Assembly (NCBI GenBank): GCA_051007175.1
Contig: JBPCSL010000115.1
Span: 1-50,324 of the forward strand
DNA length: 50,324 nucleotides
Reading direction: 5' to 3'
Source: Candidatus Nanopelagicales bacterium
Lineage (GTDB): Bacteria > Actinomycetota > Actinomycetes > S36-B12
How positions within the stretch are numbered: position 1 is the stretch's first letter; every line of letters starts with the position of its first letter. Shown here piece by piece: positions 32,820 through 42,031 of this stretch. The notes below the pieces were generated by a model, which was not told where the DNA came from, searched no databases, and saw only the letters and a program-made list of their open reading frames with translations. The position numbers were made by a program, and so were the translations under genes.

Positions 32820-33592
32820 GCGACCTCCACGGTGCCGAGTCGATCGATACGGGCGACCACGCAGTCGCCGGGCTTGACGGCGAAGGCAGCGGTGCAGGCA
32901 CCCGAGAGCACCGTCATGCCTGCGGCCAAGCCCTCGCCGCGCCGCGCGAGAGCGCGCACGAGCCAGGCCACGGACGACGCAGGGTGCCCGAGGACCGCTG
33001 CGCCGGCGGCGGTGGCCATGACTTGGCCATTGACCTCGAGGACGACTCCGCAGAGACGCAGGTCGATCCCGGTCGGGTCCACGAGGACCGTGCCGGTGGC
33101 GAACCCGGCAGAGGAGGAGTTGTCGGCGATGACGTCGGGGAGCGTGAAGGAGTAGCCCGCATAGCGCGAGTCGAGAACGTCGATCGCGGGCATCACCGCG
33201 GCAGTCGCGGCCAGCACGTCGGCGGCACCGATGTCATCGCCCTCGAGATCCTCCCCCAGGAGGAAGGCGATCTCGGCCTCGACACGTGGCTGGATGAATT
33301 GGTCGATGACCAGGGGAGCTCCCGGCTCCACGCGCATGTCGCTGGTAAGCCATCCGTAGAGGGGCTCGTCGACATTCATCTGCTTCTGCTTGGCCTCGCT
33401 GGTGAGTCCCAGCTTGGCTCCGACGACACGATGACCCTGCTCGAGGCGGTGGGCCACGACGCGCGCCTGCAGGTCGTAGGCCGTGGGGATGTCGAAGTGG
33501 CCATGATGCTCCGTCAGGGGCGTGGTCGCCGTAAGCCTGCGAACCGCGGAGGTGAGGCGCTCCACGGCGGCATCGTGATCAAGCTCGCTCAT
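32810..33592 (-). CDS. 4-oxalocrotonate (2-oxo-3-hexenedioate) decarboxylase (XylI/DmpH-like)
   Basis: 260-aa member of the hydratase/decarboxylase family (GAKLGLTS, EAEIAF). Assigned as the decarboxylase from its position in the conserved xylJQKIH order. Confidence 0.7.
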   Translation of the reverse strand: MSELDHDAAVERLTSAVRRLTATTPLTEHHGHFDIPTAYDLQARVVAHRLEQGHRVVGAKLGLTSEAKQKQMNVDEPLYGWLTSDMRVEPGAPLVIDQFIQPRVEAEIAFLLGEDLEGDDIGAADVLAATAAVMPAIDVLDSRYAGYSFTLPDVIADNSSSAGFATGTVLVDPTGIDLRLCGVVLEVNGQVMATAAGAAVLGHPASSVAWLVRALARRGEGLAAGMTVLSGACTAAFAVKPGDCVVARIDRLGTVEVACR

Positions 33593-34617
33593 GCGGTTAC
33601 CTCGGCTTCGGCGTGCTTGCGCGCCAGCTCGAGCGCCACGTCGATGATCATGTCCTCCTGGCCGCCCACGGCCTGGCGCCGGCCGAGCTCTAGCAGGATC
33701 TCGGAGATGGGGACGTTGTAGCGCTCCGCCGCGCGCTCGGCATGAAGCAGGAAGGAGCCGTAGACACCGGCGTAGCCGAGGAGAAGTCCTGCGCGGTCGA
33801 TGACCTGCTGGCGCGGCATGATCGGGCGCACCACCTCCTCGGCCACGTCCATGAGCATGAGGGGGTCGACCCCGGTCTCGATCCCGTACTTGGTCGAGAC
33901 CGCGGCGAGGATCTCGGTGGGGCAGTTGCCGGCCCCGGCGCCGAGGCCCGCGGACGTCCCGTCAAGGTTCTTGGCGCCCTCCTCGTAGGCGGCGATGGAG
34001 TTGGCCACCGCCATGGCGAGGTTGTTATGGGCATGGACACCGACCGGGATGTCGAGGGCCTTGACCAGGGCGCTCACACGGCGACGTACGTCATCGACGG
34101 TCATGGCGCCGGCGGAGTCCGCGATGTAGAGGGTGTCGGCGCCGTAGGACTGCATGAGCAGTGCCTGCTCGACGAGGCCCTCGGGGGAGTTCATGTGCGA
34201 CATCATGAGGAAGCCGATGGCTTCCATGCCGAGTCCCTTCGCCACCTTGATGTGCTGCTCGGTGACGTCGGCCTCGGTGCAGTGCACGGCGATGCGCGCT
34301 ACGGAGACGCCGAGCTCATGGACCTCCCGCAGGTCGTCGGCGAGGCCGATTCCCGGGAGCAGGAGGCAGGCGATCTGGGCCTGCTGTGCGGTCTCGCACG
34401 CCTTGGCGATGAGCTCCTTCTCCGGGACCGCGGAGAAGCCGTAGTTGAAGCTGGACCCTCCGAGCCCGTCGCCGTGGGCGATCTCGATGACCTGGACGCC
34501 GGCCCGGTCGAGCCCCTGGACGATCTTGATGACGTCGTCGGCGTAGTACTGATGGCTGAGCGCATGCGACCCATCGCGCAGGGTCGAGTCGATGAGGCGG
34601 TAGTCGGCGGTGCTCAT
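33589..34617 (-). CDS. 4-hydroxy-2-oxovalerate aldolase (XylK/DmpG/MhpE-like)
   Basis: [15 protein letters not shown] metal site (VGVHAHNN). ATGA overlaps on both sides. Confidence 0.9.
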   Translation of the reverse strand: MSTADYRLIDSTLRDGSHALSHQYYADDVIKIVQGLDRAGVQVIEIAHGDGLGGSSFNYGFSAVPEKELIAKACETAQQAQIACLLLPGIGLADDLREVHELGVSVARIAVHCTEADVTEQHIKVAKGLGMEAIGFLMMSHMNSPEGLVEQALLMQSYGADTLYIADSAGAMTVDDVRRRVSALVKALDIPVGVHAHNNLAMAVANSIAAYEEGAKNLDGTSAGLGAGAGNCPTEILAAVSTKYGIETGVDPLMLMDVAEEVVRPIMPRQQVIDRAGLLLGYAGVYGSFLLHAERAAERYNVPISEILLELGRRQAVGGQEDMIIDVALELARKHAEAEVTA

Positions 34618-35525
34618 GCAGAAGCCCCTTCCCTGTGGTCGGCGATCGCCTCGCCCACCCGCATGGCGGCGGCGGTCATGATGTCGAGGTTGCCCGCGTA
34701 GGTGGGCAGGTAGTCGCCGGCTCCCTCCACCTCGAGCAGGACCACGACGCGGTGCGGCACGAGGCCCCCCGGCGTGTTGTAGGGCCCCTCCTCGATGACC
34801 GGCTTGTTCTTCAGGCGGTAGCCGGGCACGTACTGGGCGACGTGCTTCTCCATGGCGTGGATGGACTCGATGACGGCGTCGTGGTCGGTGCCCTCCGGGA
34901 GCGCGCCGAAGACCGTGTTGCGCATGATGATCGGAGGATCGGCGGGGTTCATGATGATGATCGCCTTGCTCGTATCGGCGCCGCCGATCTCGCGCAGTGC
35001 CGTGGAGGTGGTCTTCGTGAACTCGTCGATGTTCTGGCGCGTCCCGGGCCCTGCCGACTCCGAGGAGACCGTGGAGACCATCTCGCAGTAGGGCAGCGAA
35101 GGGGCAGCGCGCCGGATGGCGTAGGCCATGGGGGTCGTGGCCTGGCCGCCACAGGTCACCATGTTGATATTGGGGGCGTCGAGATGCGCCGTGAGATTGA
35201 CGGCCGCGATGACCTTGGGTCCTCGCGCGGCGGGCGTCAGGTCGATGGCGGTGATCCCGGACTCCTCGTACTTCTTGTGATAGCGCACGTGGACGTAGGC
35301 GCTCGTCGCATCGAAGACCATGTCGAAGTCGTCGGCGTGGTCAAGGACCCAGTCGGGTCCCTCGTGAGGGGCATCGATGCCGAGGGCCCTGGCTCGGGCC
35401 AGGCCGTCGGAGGATGGATCGATGCCGACGAGGGCGGTGAGCTGCAGCGTGTCGCTGCGCAGCATCTTGATCATGAGGTCGGTGCCGATGTTGCCGGAGC
35501 CGATGATGGCACAGCGCAAGGTCAT
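34614..35525 (-). CDS. Acetaldehyde dehydrogenase (acetylating) (XylQ/DmpF/MhpF-like)
   Basis: Start [24 protein letters not shown] after GGAGGA. Catalytic Cys region [12 protein letters not shown]. Confidence 0.9.
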   Translation of the reverse strand: MTLRCAIIGSGNIGTDLMIKMLRSDTLQLTALVGIDPSSDGLARARALGIDAPHEGPDWVLDHADDFDMVFDATSAYVHVRYHKKYEESGITAIDLTPAARGPKVIAAVNLTAHLDAPNINMVTCGGQATTPMAYAIRRAAPSLPYCEMVSTVSSESAGPGTRQNIDEFTKTTSTALREIGGADTSKAIIIMNPADPPIIMRNTVFGALPEGTDHDAVIESIHAMEKHVAQYVPGYRLKNKPVIEEGPYNTPGGLVPHRVVVLLEVEGAGDYLPTYAGNLDIMTAAAMRVGEAIADHREGASA

Positions 35526-35541
35526 GACGGTTCCTCCTGAC

Positions 35542-36333
35542 TCAGGTGATGCGCAGGTTGATGGGGCCGAGGCGGTCGAAGTCGGCGCGGAAGACGTCTC
35601 CGCGCTGGAAGGGGACGGCGGCGTGCAGGGCACCGGTCATGATGATGGCCCCTGCGGGCAGGGTGACGCCGAGGGGGTGCAGCGTGTTGGCAAGCCAGGC
35701 CACGGCGTCGATGGGGCCTCCCAGCGCGGCAGCACCGGCCCCCGTGGCGACGAGATCGCCGTTGCGCGTGAAGACCATGCCAATAAGGGCAGGATCGAAG
35801 TCGCCGAGCGGCACGACCCGGCTGCCGAAGGCCACGGCACCATTGGAGGCCAGATCGGCGATGGTGTCGGGGAGCGCGATCTTCCAGTCGGCGATGCGGC
35901 TGTCCACGATCTCCAGGGCCGCCACGAGGCCACGGGTGGCGGCCCAGGCCTCGGCGGCGCTGCAGTAGGGGCCGGACAGGGGCGCGTCCAGCACGACGCA
36001 GATCTCCGCCTCCATGCGGGGCGCAATGTAGCGGTCTGCCGGCACATCGCCCCCGTCGGAGTAGACGGTGGACCCGAGGACTGGTGCGTAGTCGGGCTGG
36101 TCGACTCCCAGCATCTCCTGCATCGGCTTGCTGGTGAGGCCGAGCTTGTAGCCGATGATCGAGTCGCCTTCCGCCAGGAGACCGGCGACCAGTCCCTGCT
36201 GGACGGCGTAGGCATCCTCCGCCGTCATCCCCGGGAATCGGTCGGTCAGCGGCGCAATCGGCACCCGTGTGCGGCGCGCCTCGAGGAGCGCACCCGACAT
36301 CTCGCGCACATCGTCGGGATTCGGTCGTGTCAT
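35542..36333 (-). CDS. 2-oxopent-4-enoate hydratase (XylJ/MhpD-like)
   Basis: 263 aa, AYAVQQGLV...GYKLGLTS...EAEI. First gene of the xylJQKIH-ordered block. Confidence 0.75.
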   Translation of the reverse strand: MTRPNPDDVREMSGALLEARRTRVPIAPLTDRFPGMTAEDAYAVQQGLVAGLLAEGDSIIGYKLGLTSKPMQEMLGVDQPDYAPVLGSTVYSDGGDVPADRYIAPRMEAEICVVLDAPLSGPYCSAAEAWAATRGLVAALEIVDSRIADWKIALPDTIADLASNGAVAFGSRVVPLGDFDPALIGMVFTRNGDLVATGAGAAALGGPIDAVAWLANTLHPLGVTLPAGAIIMTGALHAAVPFQRGDVFRADFDRLGPINLRIT

Positions 36334-37172
36334 GGCATGCCCTCTCCGGAGGTGTGTCGTCGGGACGTGCGGGACTCGCGATAGCCGAGCCGGCGGCTCA
36401 CCGCCAGGGCGGCCTCGACCGCCGGCCGCGAGAAGCGGCGCAGCGAGTCGCTGCCCAGCCGCTGCACCGGGCCGACGATGGACAGGGCGGCGATGACCTC
36501 GCCGCGGTCATTGCGGATAGGCGCGGCAATCGAGGCCGCACCGAGCTCAGACTCATTGACGTTCTCGGCCCAGCCCTGGCGGCGGACCTCGGCGAGCGCG
36601 GTCCGCAGGGCGCGCGGGTCCGTGATCGTGTAGGGGGTCCTGCGCACGAGCTTCCATCCGCGCAGCGTGGCCTCGAGCTCATCCTCGTGCAGGTAGGCGA
36701 GGAGCAGCTTCCCCGTGCTCGTGCAATGGGCGGCATTGCGATGACCAACGCGGCCGAAGAGGCGCAGGGTCTGGGGACTCTCGCGGCGCTCGACGTAGAC
36801 GACCTCGCGGCCGTCGAGGACCGCCACCTGCACGGTCTCGCGCGTGGCATTGCGCAGCTGGTCGATGACGGGAGAGCAGGCCTCGTGAAGGTCGTTGTGG
36901 AGGGCGACGGATGCGCCGAGCTCGTACATGGCCAGGCCGAGCCGGTACGCGCCGGTCTCTCGGTCCTGCTCCAGAAGCCTCTCCTCGGCCAGGGTGCTCA
37001 GCAGCCGGTGTGCGGTGCTCTTGCCGATGCCGAGACGGCGGGAGAGCTCGGTCACCCCGATATCGCGATCGCCGTGGCCGAATTCCTTGAGCAGGCGGGC
37101 GGCATTGCGCACGCTGGACAGAGTGGAGCGGGAGGAACGAGCGTCGGACGAATCGCCGCGCACGCCCGTCAC
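36330..37172 (-). CDS. IclR-family transcriptional regulator
   Basis: wHTH VTELSRRLGIGKSTAHRLLSTL plus a C-terminal IclR effector domain. GTG start overlaps the upstream gene stop (GTGA). Stop overlaps the hydratase ATG (ATGA). Confidence 0.85.
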   Translation of the reverse strand: MTGVRGDSSDARSSRSTLSSVRNAARLLKEFGHGDRDIGVTELSRRLGIGKSTAHRLLSTLAEERLLEQDRETGAYRLGLAMYELGASVALHNDLHEACSPVIDQLRNATRETVQVAVLDGREVVYVERRESPQTLRLFGRVGHRNAAHCTSTGKLLLAYLHEDELEATLRGWKLVRRTPYTITDPRALRTALAEVRRQGWAENVNESELGAASIAAPIRNDRGEVIAALSIVGPVQRLGSDSLRRFSRPAVEAALAVSRRLGYRESRTSRRHTSGEGMP

Positions 37173-37852
37173 CGTGCACCGCCTGGTCTGAGCGCCTCCA
37201 CGGCGCGACGCCGCAGTGCGTCGGAGTCCACGGGGTCGTCGATGTCGATGTCAGGCAGCGACGGGACCAGCTGCCGGGCGAGGAGCGCCTGGGCGCGTGG
37301 CAGCGAGGCCACGTAGGCACCGTGCCACTCGTCGATGAGTGCCTCGCGGCCCGGTGCGTAGGCGCGCAGCGCTTCGAAGTCGCGATCCGCAGCGGCGTGG
37401 GCATGGGCGAGCCCCGTGCCTCCGTGGGCTGCATGGTGGGGAGTGAGGGAGGAGCCGGGGGGCACCGCGAGGTGGTAGAGCACCGTGCGGAGGCCGAGCT
37501 GCCGGCGCACCTCGTCGAAGGCAGGCTGCTCGGTCTCGTCGATGAGGCCGAGCGGCGGGATGATCACGGGATCGAAGAACCGCACCGTCCACGACAGGTC
37601 CTCCAGGGAGTCCTCGAGGGCGATCTCGGGGCCCTGGGGGGCAGGCAGCGGCTCGGCGGTCCCGATGACGTGCAGGACCCGGACCCCGACCGCGGCCACG
37701 GAGAAGTGGCCCGCGCGTACGAGGGGCAGGCGCCCTCGGTCTCCTGGCGGGAGGAGCCGCGCGGCATCGAGGTAGGCCGCATGCAGGCCGCGGACATAGG
37801 CCGCCATGGCCGTGCGCATGGCCTCGGGGCCGGTGGCATCGGGGGCAGGCAC
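37169..37852 (-). CDS. Hypothetical protein, first gene of the IclR/meta-cleavage operon
   Basis: 227 aa, high GC3, translationally coupled to the IclR gene. His-rich segment HHAAHGGTGLAHAHAA. No family recognised. Confidence 0.55.
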   Translation of the reverse strand: MPAPDATGPEAMRTAMAAYVRGLHAAYLDAARLLPPGDRGRLPLVRAGHFSVAAVGVRVLHVIGTAEPLPAPQGPEIALEDSLEDLSWTVRFFDPVIIPPLGLIDETEQPAFDEVRRQLGLRTVLYHLAVPPGSSLTPHHAAHGGTGLAHAHAAADRDFEALRAYAPGREALIDEWHGAYVASLPRAQALLARQLVPSLPDIDIDDPVDSDALRRRAVEALRPGGAR

Positions 37853-37954
37853 GGCGGCAATCTAGCAGGGCTATCCCGCAGAGGGGAACGCCGTCCTTCC
37901 ATGCGGGACGTGGGGCGCCTAGCGTCAGCGCATTCCGAGTGCGAAGGAGAAGGC

Positions 37955-38863
37955 ATGGGGATCCTGCGGCTGGCGCACGTTGATCTCACGGTGACCGACC
38001 TCGACCTGACGACGGCGTACTACACCGAGGTCATCGGGATGATCGAAGCCGGACGCGACGAGGACTCGGTCTACCTCAAGTGCTGGGACGAGACTGACCA
38101 CCACTCGCTGCGCCTGCGCTACGCCCCCCGCGTGGGCTTCGACCTCATGTCGTTCCGCGTCGAGCGCGAGGACGACCTCGCGGACCTCGAGAACATCGTG
38201 TCGCGCTATGGCTACCCCGTGGAGCGCGTGAGCAAGGGCGAGTCGGTGGGTCAGGGTGAGTCCATCCGCTTCGATACCCCGTCGGGCCACGTCATGGAGC
38301 TCGTGTACGACGTGGAGAAGACGGGGCGCCTCACGGGCACGGTGAATCCCGCACCGTTCGTCGAAGGCCTCAAGGGGATCGCTCCTCCGCGCATGGACCA
38401 CCTGCTCGTGAAGTGCGAGGAAGTAGGCGAGGCCACGAAGTTCTACACCGACATCCTCGGCTTCCGGGTGACCGAGCAGCTCCTCGACGGCAACGGGCAC
38501 CAGACGGCCACATGGATGGAACGCTCGCACTCGCCTCACGACCTGGCCCTGGTGTCCGGGCAGAACGGCGGCTTCCACCACTTCGCCTACTGGCTCGACG
38601 ACTGGGATCACGTGCGCCGGTCAGCGGACATCCTGGCCTACAACGGCATCTCCGTCGATGTCGGGCCCACGCGCCACGGAATCACTCGGGGCAACACCAT
38701 CTACTTCTTCGATCCGCTGGGGACACGCAACGAAGTCTTCACTGGCGGATACCGACCAGACCCGGATTTCCCGACCATCACCTGGACGGAGGACAACGTG
38801 GGACGCGCTGTCTTCTACTACGAGGGCGAAGTCAACAACCGATTCATGACGGTGCACACCTGA
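37955..38863 (+). CDS. Extradiol (catechol 2,3-type) dioxygenase, copy 1
   Basis: ATG 37955 after GAAGGAGAAGG. Two-domain type I VOC extradiol enzyme. Metal ligands in MDHLLV, HHFAYW and RNEVF. Confidence 0.85.
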   Translation: MGILRLAHVDLTVTDLDLTTAYYTEVIGMIEAGRDEDSVYLKCWDETDHHSLRLRYAPRVGFDLMSFRVEREDDLADLENIVSRYGYPVERVSKGESVGQGESIRFDTPSGHVMELVYDVEKTGRLTGTVNPAPFVEGLKGIAPPRMDHLLVKCEEVGEATKFYTDILGFRVTEQLLDGNGHQTATWMERSHSPHDLALVSGQNGGFHHFAYWLDDWDHVRRSADILAYNGISVDVGPTRHGITRGNTIYFFDPLGTRNEVFTGGYRPDPDFPTITWTEDNVGRAVFYYEGEVNNRFMTVHT

Positions 38864-39774
38864 TGGGCATCCTGCGTCTCTCGCACGTCGAGATCAAGGT
38901 CCCTGACCTCGAGCTGGCCACGGCGTACTACACGGAGGTCGTGGGCCTCATTGAGACCGCGCGCACTCCGGATCGGGTGTACCTGAAGTGCTGGGACGAG
39001 CAGCAGCACCACTCGCTCATCCTCGACTACGACCCCACGCACGGCCTCGCCTACATGAGCTGGAAGGTGGAGCAGGCCGCGGACCTCGATCACTTCGCGG
39101 CTCGCCTCGAGTACGCCGGAATCGGCGTCGAGCGACTGGCGGGGGATGAGATCGGCCCAGGTGGCGGGGAGGCGATCCGCTTCACCACGCCGTCGGGGCA
39201 CCAGATGGAGCTCATCCACGGCATGGACCAGGTGGGCAACCTCCTGCCCCTCTTCAATCCGCCGCCCAAGCCCCTCAACCTCGTGGGCGTCGCCCCGCCG
39301 AGACTCGACCACGTCTTCATCACGGTGGAGGACGTCAAGGGGATGACCCGCTTCCTGCAGGACATCCTGGACTTCCACCTCACCGAGCAGGTGGTCGGCG
39401 ACGACGGCTTCCAAATCGCCACCTGGCTCGAGGTATCGCACTCCTCCCATGACATCGCGCTGGTGACCGGTCCCGACGGTGGCCTGCACCACTTCGCCTT
39501 CTGGGTGGACGACTGGAACGACATTCGCGATGCCGCCGATGTCATGGCCTACCACGGCGTGCGCATCGACACGAATCCCACGCGCCACGGCGCGACACGC
39601 GGCAACTGCCTGTACTTCTTCGATCCCGCGGGCAATCGCAACGAGGTCTTCACGGGCGGCTACTGGACCGATCCCGATGACGAGCCGGTGACCTGGACCG
39701 AGGGCGAGATGGGACGCGCGCTCTTCTACTACGACGGGGTCGTGGACCAGCGATTCCTCACGGTCCACACCTAG
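38863..39774 (+). CDS. Extradiol (catechol 2,3-type) dioxygenase, copy 2 (tandem paralogue)
   Basis: TGATG stop/start overlap with copy 1. Same length and motifs (LDHVFI, HHFAFW, RNEVF). Roughly half the residues are identical to copy 1 by eye. Confidence 0.85.
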   Translation: MGILRLSHVEIKVPDLELATAYYTEVVGLIETARTPDRVYLKCWDEQQHHSLILDYDPTHGLAYMSWKVEQAADLDHFAARLEYAGIGVERLAGDEIGPGGGEAIRFTTPSGHQMELIHGMDQVGNLLPLFNPPPKPLNLVGVAPPRLDHVFITVEDVKGMTRFLQDILDFHLTEQVVGDDGFQIATWLEVSHSSHDIALVTGPDGGLHHFAFWVDDWNDIRDAADVMAYHGVRIDTNPTRHGATRGNCLYFFDPAGNRNEVFTGGYWTDPDDEPVTWTEGEMGRALFYYDGVVDQRFLTVHT

Positions 39775-39784
39775 GAGGTCGACG

Positions 39785-40897
39785 ATGACGACGGATGCCG
39801 GACCGGACACGGGCAAGGTCGCCCTGCCCCGCACGGAGCGCCCCGACGCCCCGGCGTACCTCCAGCGCTACAAGGAGCGGCAGGCGAGAGGCTCTGCCCC
39901 GCAGGTGGAGCACGGTGACGAGGGCGACACCACTCCGCTGTATCTGCGTCGATTCCGCGAGCGGCGCGAGGAGGAGAACGCGCTGGAGGCTCCGGTCCCG
40001 CTCTGGGAGGGCGCCGAGCTGAACGCCACGCGGGCGTGGGCCGAGGTCACCAGGACGCGGGAGATCGTGCCGGAGTCCAAGGAGCAGGCGAAGACCGCGG
40101 TCACCGACATCTACTTCGTGCGGCACGGCGAGACCCAGGGCTACTCGACGGAGTCGGGTCTCACGCCGCTGGGCTCCTGGCAGGCGCATCGGCGTGGCCA
40201 GGAGTTCGCGCGACGGGTCATGACGGGCCATCACGTCACCATGGCGTGCGCCGACACCAACCGCGCGCGGCAGACTGCCGAGCACATCCGGCGCGGACTC
40301 CTGGACCAGCTCGTGCTCTTCGGTCGCGACGCCACCGTGGGAGAGGTGACTCCCTACGAGGAGTTCCGCAACTTCCAGGTGGCGACGCCCGACGGCTTCC
40401 GCGATGTCACCCAGGCATTCCGGCTCTACCACTCGACGATGGAGACCTACGAGCGCCACGGACAGGGCGGCCGTCCCACCTGGCTCGTCGAGGTCGATCG
40501 CTTCTGGGGGATCCAGCAGGCCGGAGGAGACCCCATCACCCACTGGCTCACCATGCCCATGCTCACCTTCGAGCCGCCGGTGGCCGCGGTGCGCCGCTTC
40601 TGGGCGGGGCTCATGCGGATCCACCACGAGAACCACGGCCAGACGGTCGTGGTCGCGACCCACTCCGGTCCCATCCGCGCCTTTGCCACGTGGGCGCTCG
40701 GCTACGACCCCGGCGAGCCCTTCAACACGGAGTTCGTGCGCGTCCGACTTCTCGAGGACGGACAGTCCGCCCTCGTGCTCTACCGCAACCGCGTGCAGGA
40801 GGTTGCCGTGCCCGACTTCGACGGCCTCCCCGACTGGTGGGCTGGTCTCGAGGGTCGAGCGCTTCCCATCAACAGGCGCGAAGGGACCCCCGCATGA
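39785..40897 (+). CDS. Histidine phosphatase (phosphoglycerate-mutase-like) family protein with ~105-aa charged N-terminal extension
   Basis: RHG motif IYFVRHGETQGY at residue ~113, second His in VVATHSGPIRA. The extension has high GC3 and an internal repeat. Stop overlaps the next gene's ATG (ATGA). Confidence 0.75.
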   Translation: MTTDAGPDTGKVALPRTERPDAPAYLQRYKERQARGSAPQVEHGDEGDTTPLYLRRFRERREEENALEAPVPLWEGAELNATRAWAEVTRTREIVPESKEQAKTAVTDIYFVRHGETQGYSTESGLTPLGSWQAHRRGQEFARRVMTGHHVTMACADTNRARQTAEHIRRGLLDQLVLFGRDATVGEVTPYEEFRNFQVATPDGFRDVTQAFRLYHSTMETYERHGQGGRPTWLVEVDRFWGIQQAGGDPITHWLTMPMLTFEPPVAAVRRFWAGLMRIHHENHGQTVVVATHSGPIRAFATWALGYDPGEPFNTEFVRVRLLEDGQSALVLYRNRVQEVAVPDFDGLPDWWAGLEGRALPINRREGTPA

Positions 40898-41970
40898 GCG
40901 TTGTCATGTGGTTCGAGAGCTACTGGCCCGGTATGAAGAACGAGGTGGGCGGCAAGGCCGCGAGCCTCGGCGAGATGACAGGCGCCGGCCTGCCCGTGCC
41001 GCCGGGGTACGCGGTCACCACGGCGGGTTATCGCGCGGCACATGACGCAGCAGACCTCGATGCGACGCTTGCCCGGCTGCTCCATGGCCTCGACATCGCC
41101 GATACGGGGCAGGTGAGTGCCGTGTGCTCGGAGATCCGGGAGGAGATCCGGGGGATGCCCCTGCCCGCCGATGTCGAGGATGAGATCCGGTCGGCGTACG
41201 CCACCCTGTGCCGCAAGTGCGAGGTGGAGGACCTTCCCGTCGCCGTGCGATCCTCCGCCACCTCCGAGGACTCCCCGGATGCGTCCTTCGCGGGAGAGCA
41301 CGACACGTATCTGTGGATTCGGGGTGCCGACGCCGTCGTCGATGCGGTGCGCCGGTGCTGGGCGAGCCTCTTCACCGACCGAGCCACCTGCTATCGCGTC
41401 GAGATGGGCTACGAGCACCGGTCGGTCGAGATGGCGGTCGTGGTCCAGAAGATGGTCCGTCCCGTCTCCGCGGGGGTGGCCTTCACCCTCAACCCGGCCA
41501 ACGGCGATCGCTCGCAGGTCGCCGTGGACGCGGCCTGGGGCTTCGGCGAAGCGGTCGTCTCGGGCGAAGTCACCCCCGATAACTTCCTCGTCGACAAGGT
41601 GATGCTCGCCGTGAGCAAGCGCGAGATCAGTCACAAGGCCCACGAATACCGGCTCACGGATCACGACTCCGTGGAGAAGGCGGAGGTCGACCCGGACCGC
41701 GCCGACGCCCCGTGCCTCACGGACGCCCACCTCAAGGCCATCGCGGTCCTGGCCAAGACGGCCGAGAAGCACTACGGCTGCCCCCAGGACATCGAATGGG
41801 CCGTCGACGCTGACCTGCCGGAAGGAGAGAACGTCATCCTGCTGCAGGCACGCCCCGAGACGGTGTGGAGCAAGAAGCCGCGAGAGTCGGTGACGGGCTC
41901 GGCCGACAAGAACCCCATGTCGAGCATTGTCTCGACCTTGATGAATCCGCTGTACGCACGCGACAAGTAG
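40894..41970 (+). CDS. PEP/pyruvate-binding (PPDK_N, ATP-grasp) domain protein; ATP-binding subunit of a split dikinase (PpsB/CreH-like)
   Basis: 358 aa. VGGKAASLGEMTGAGLPVPPGYAVTT, VAVRSSATSEDSPDASFAGEHDTYL, ASLFTDRATCYR, QDIEWAV..., the N-terminal nucleotide-binding module of PEP synthase. No His swivel domain. Confidence 0.8.
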   Translation: MSVVMWFESYWPGMKNEVGGKAASLGEMTGAGLPVPPGYAVTTAGYRAAHDAADLDATLARLLHGLDIADTGQVSAVCSEIREEIRGMPLPADVEDEIRSAYATLCRKCEVEDLPVAVRSSATSEDSPDASFAGEHDTYLWIRGADAVVDAVRRCWASLFTDRATCYRVEMGYEHRSVEMAVVVQKMVRPVSAGVAFTLNPANGDRSQVAVDAAWGFGEAVVSGEVTPDNFLVDKVMLAVSKREISHKAHEYRLTDHDSVEKAEVDPDRADAPCLTDAHLKAIAVLAKTAEKHYGCPQDIEWAVDADLPEGENVILLQARPETVWSKKPRESVTGSADKNPMSSIVSTLMNPLYARDK

Positions 41971-42031
41971 GCAAGAGTAAGCACACCCCAGTCGGTGCCC
42001 ACGGGCCCGCTACAAGTGGAAGGAACGACAG

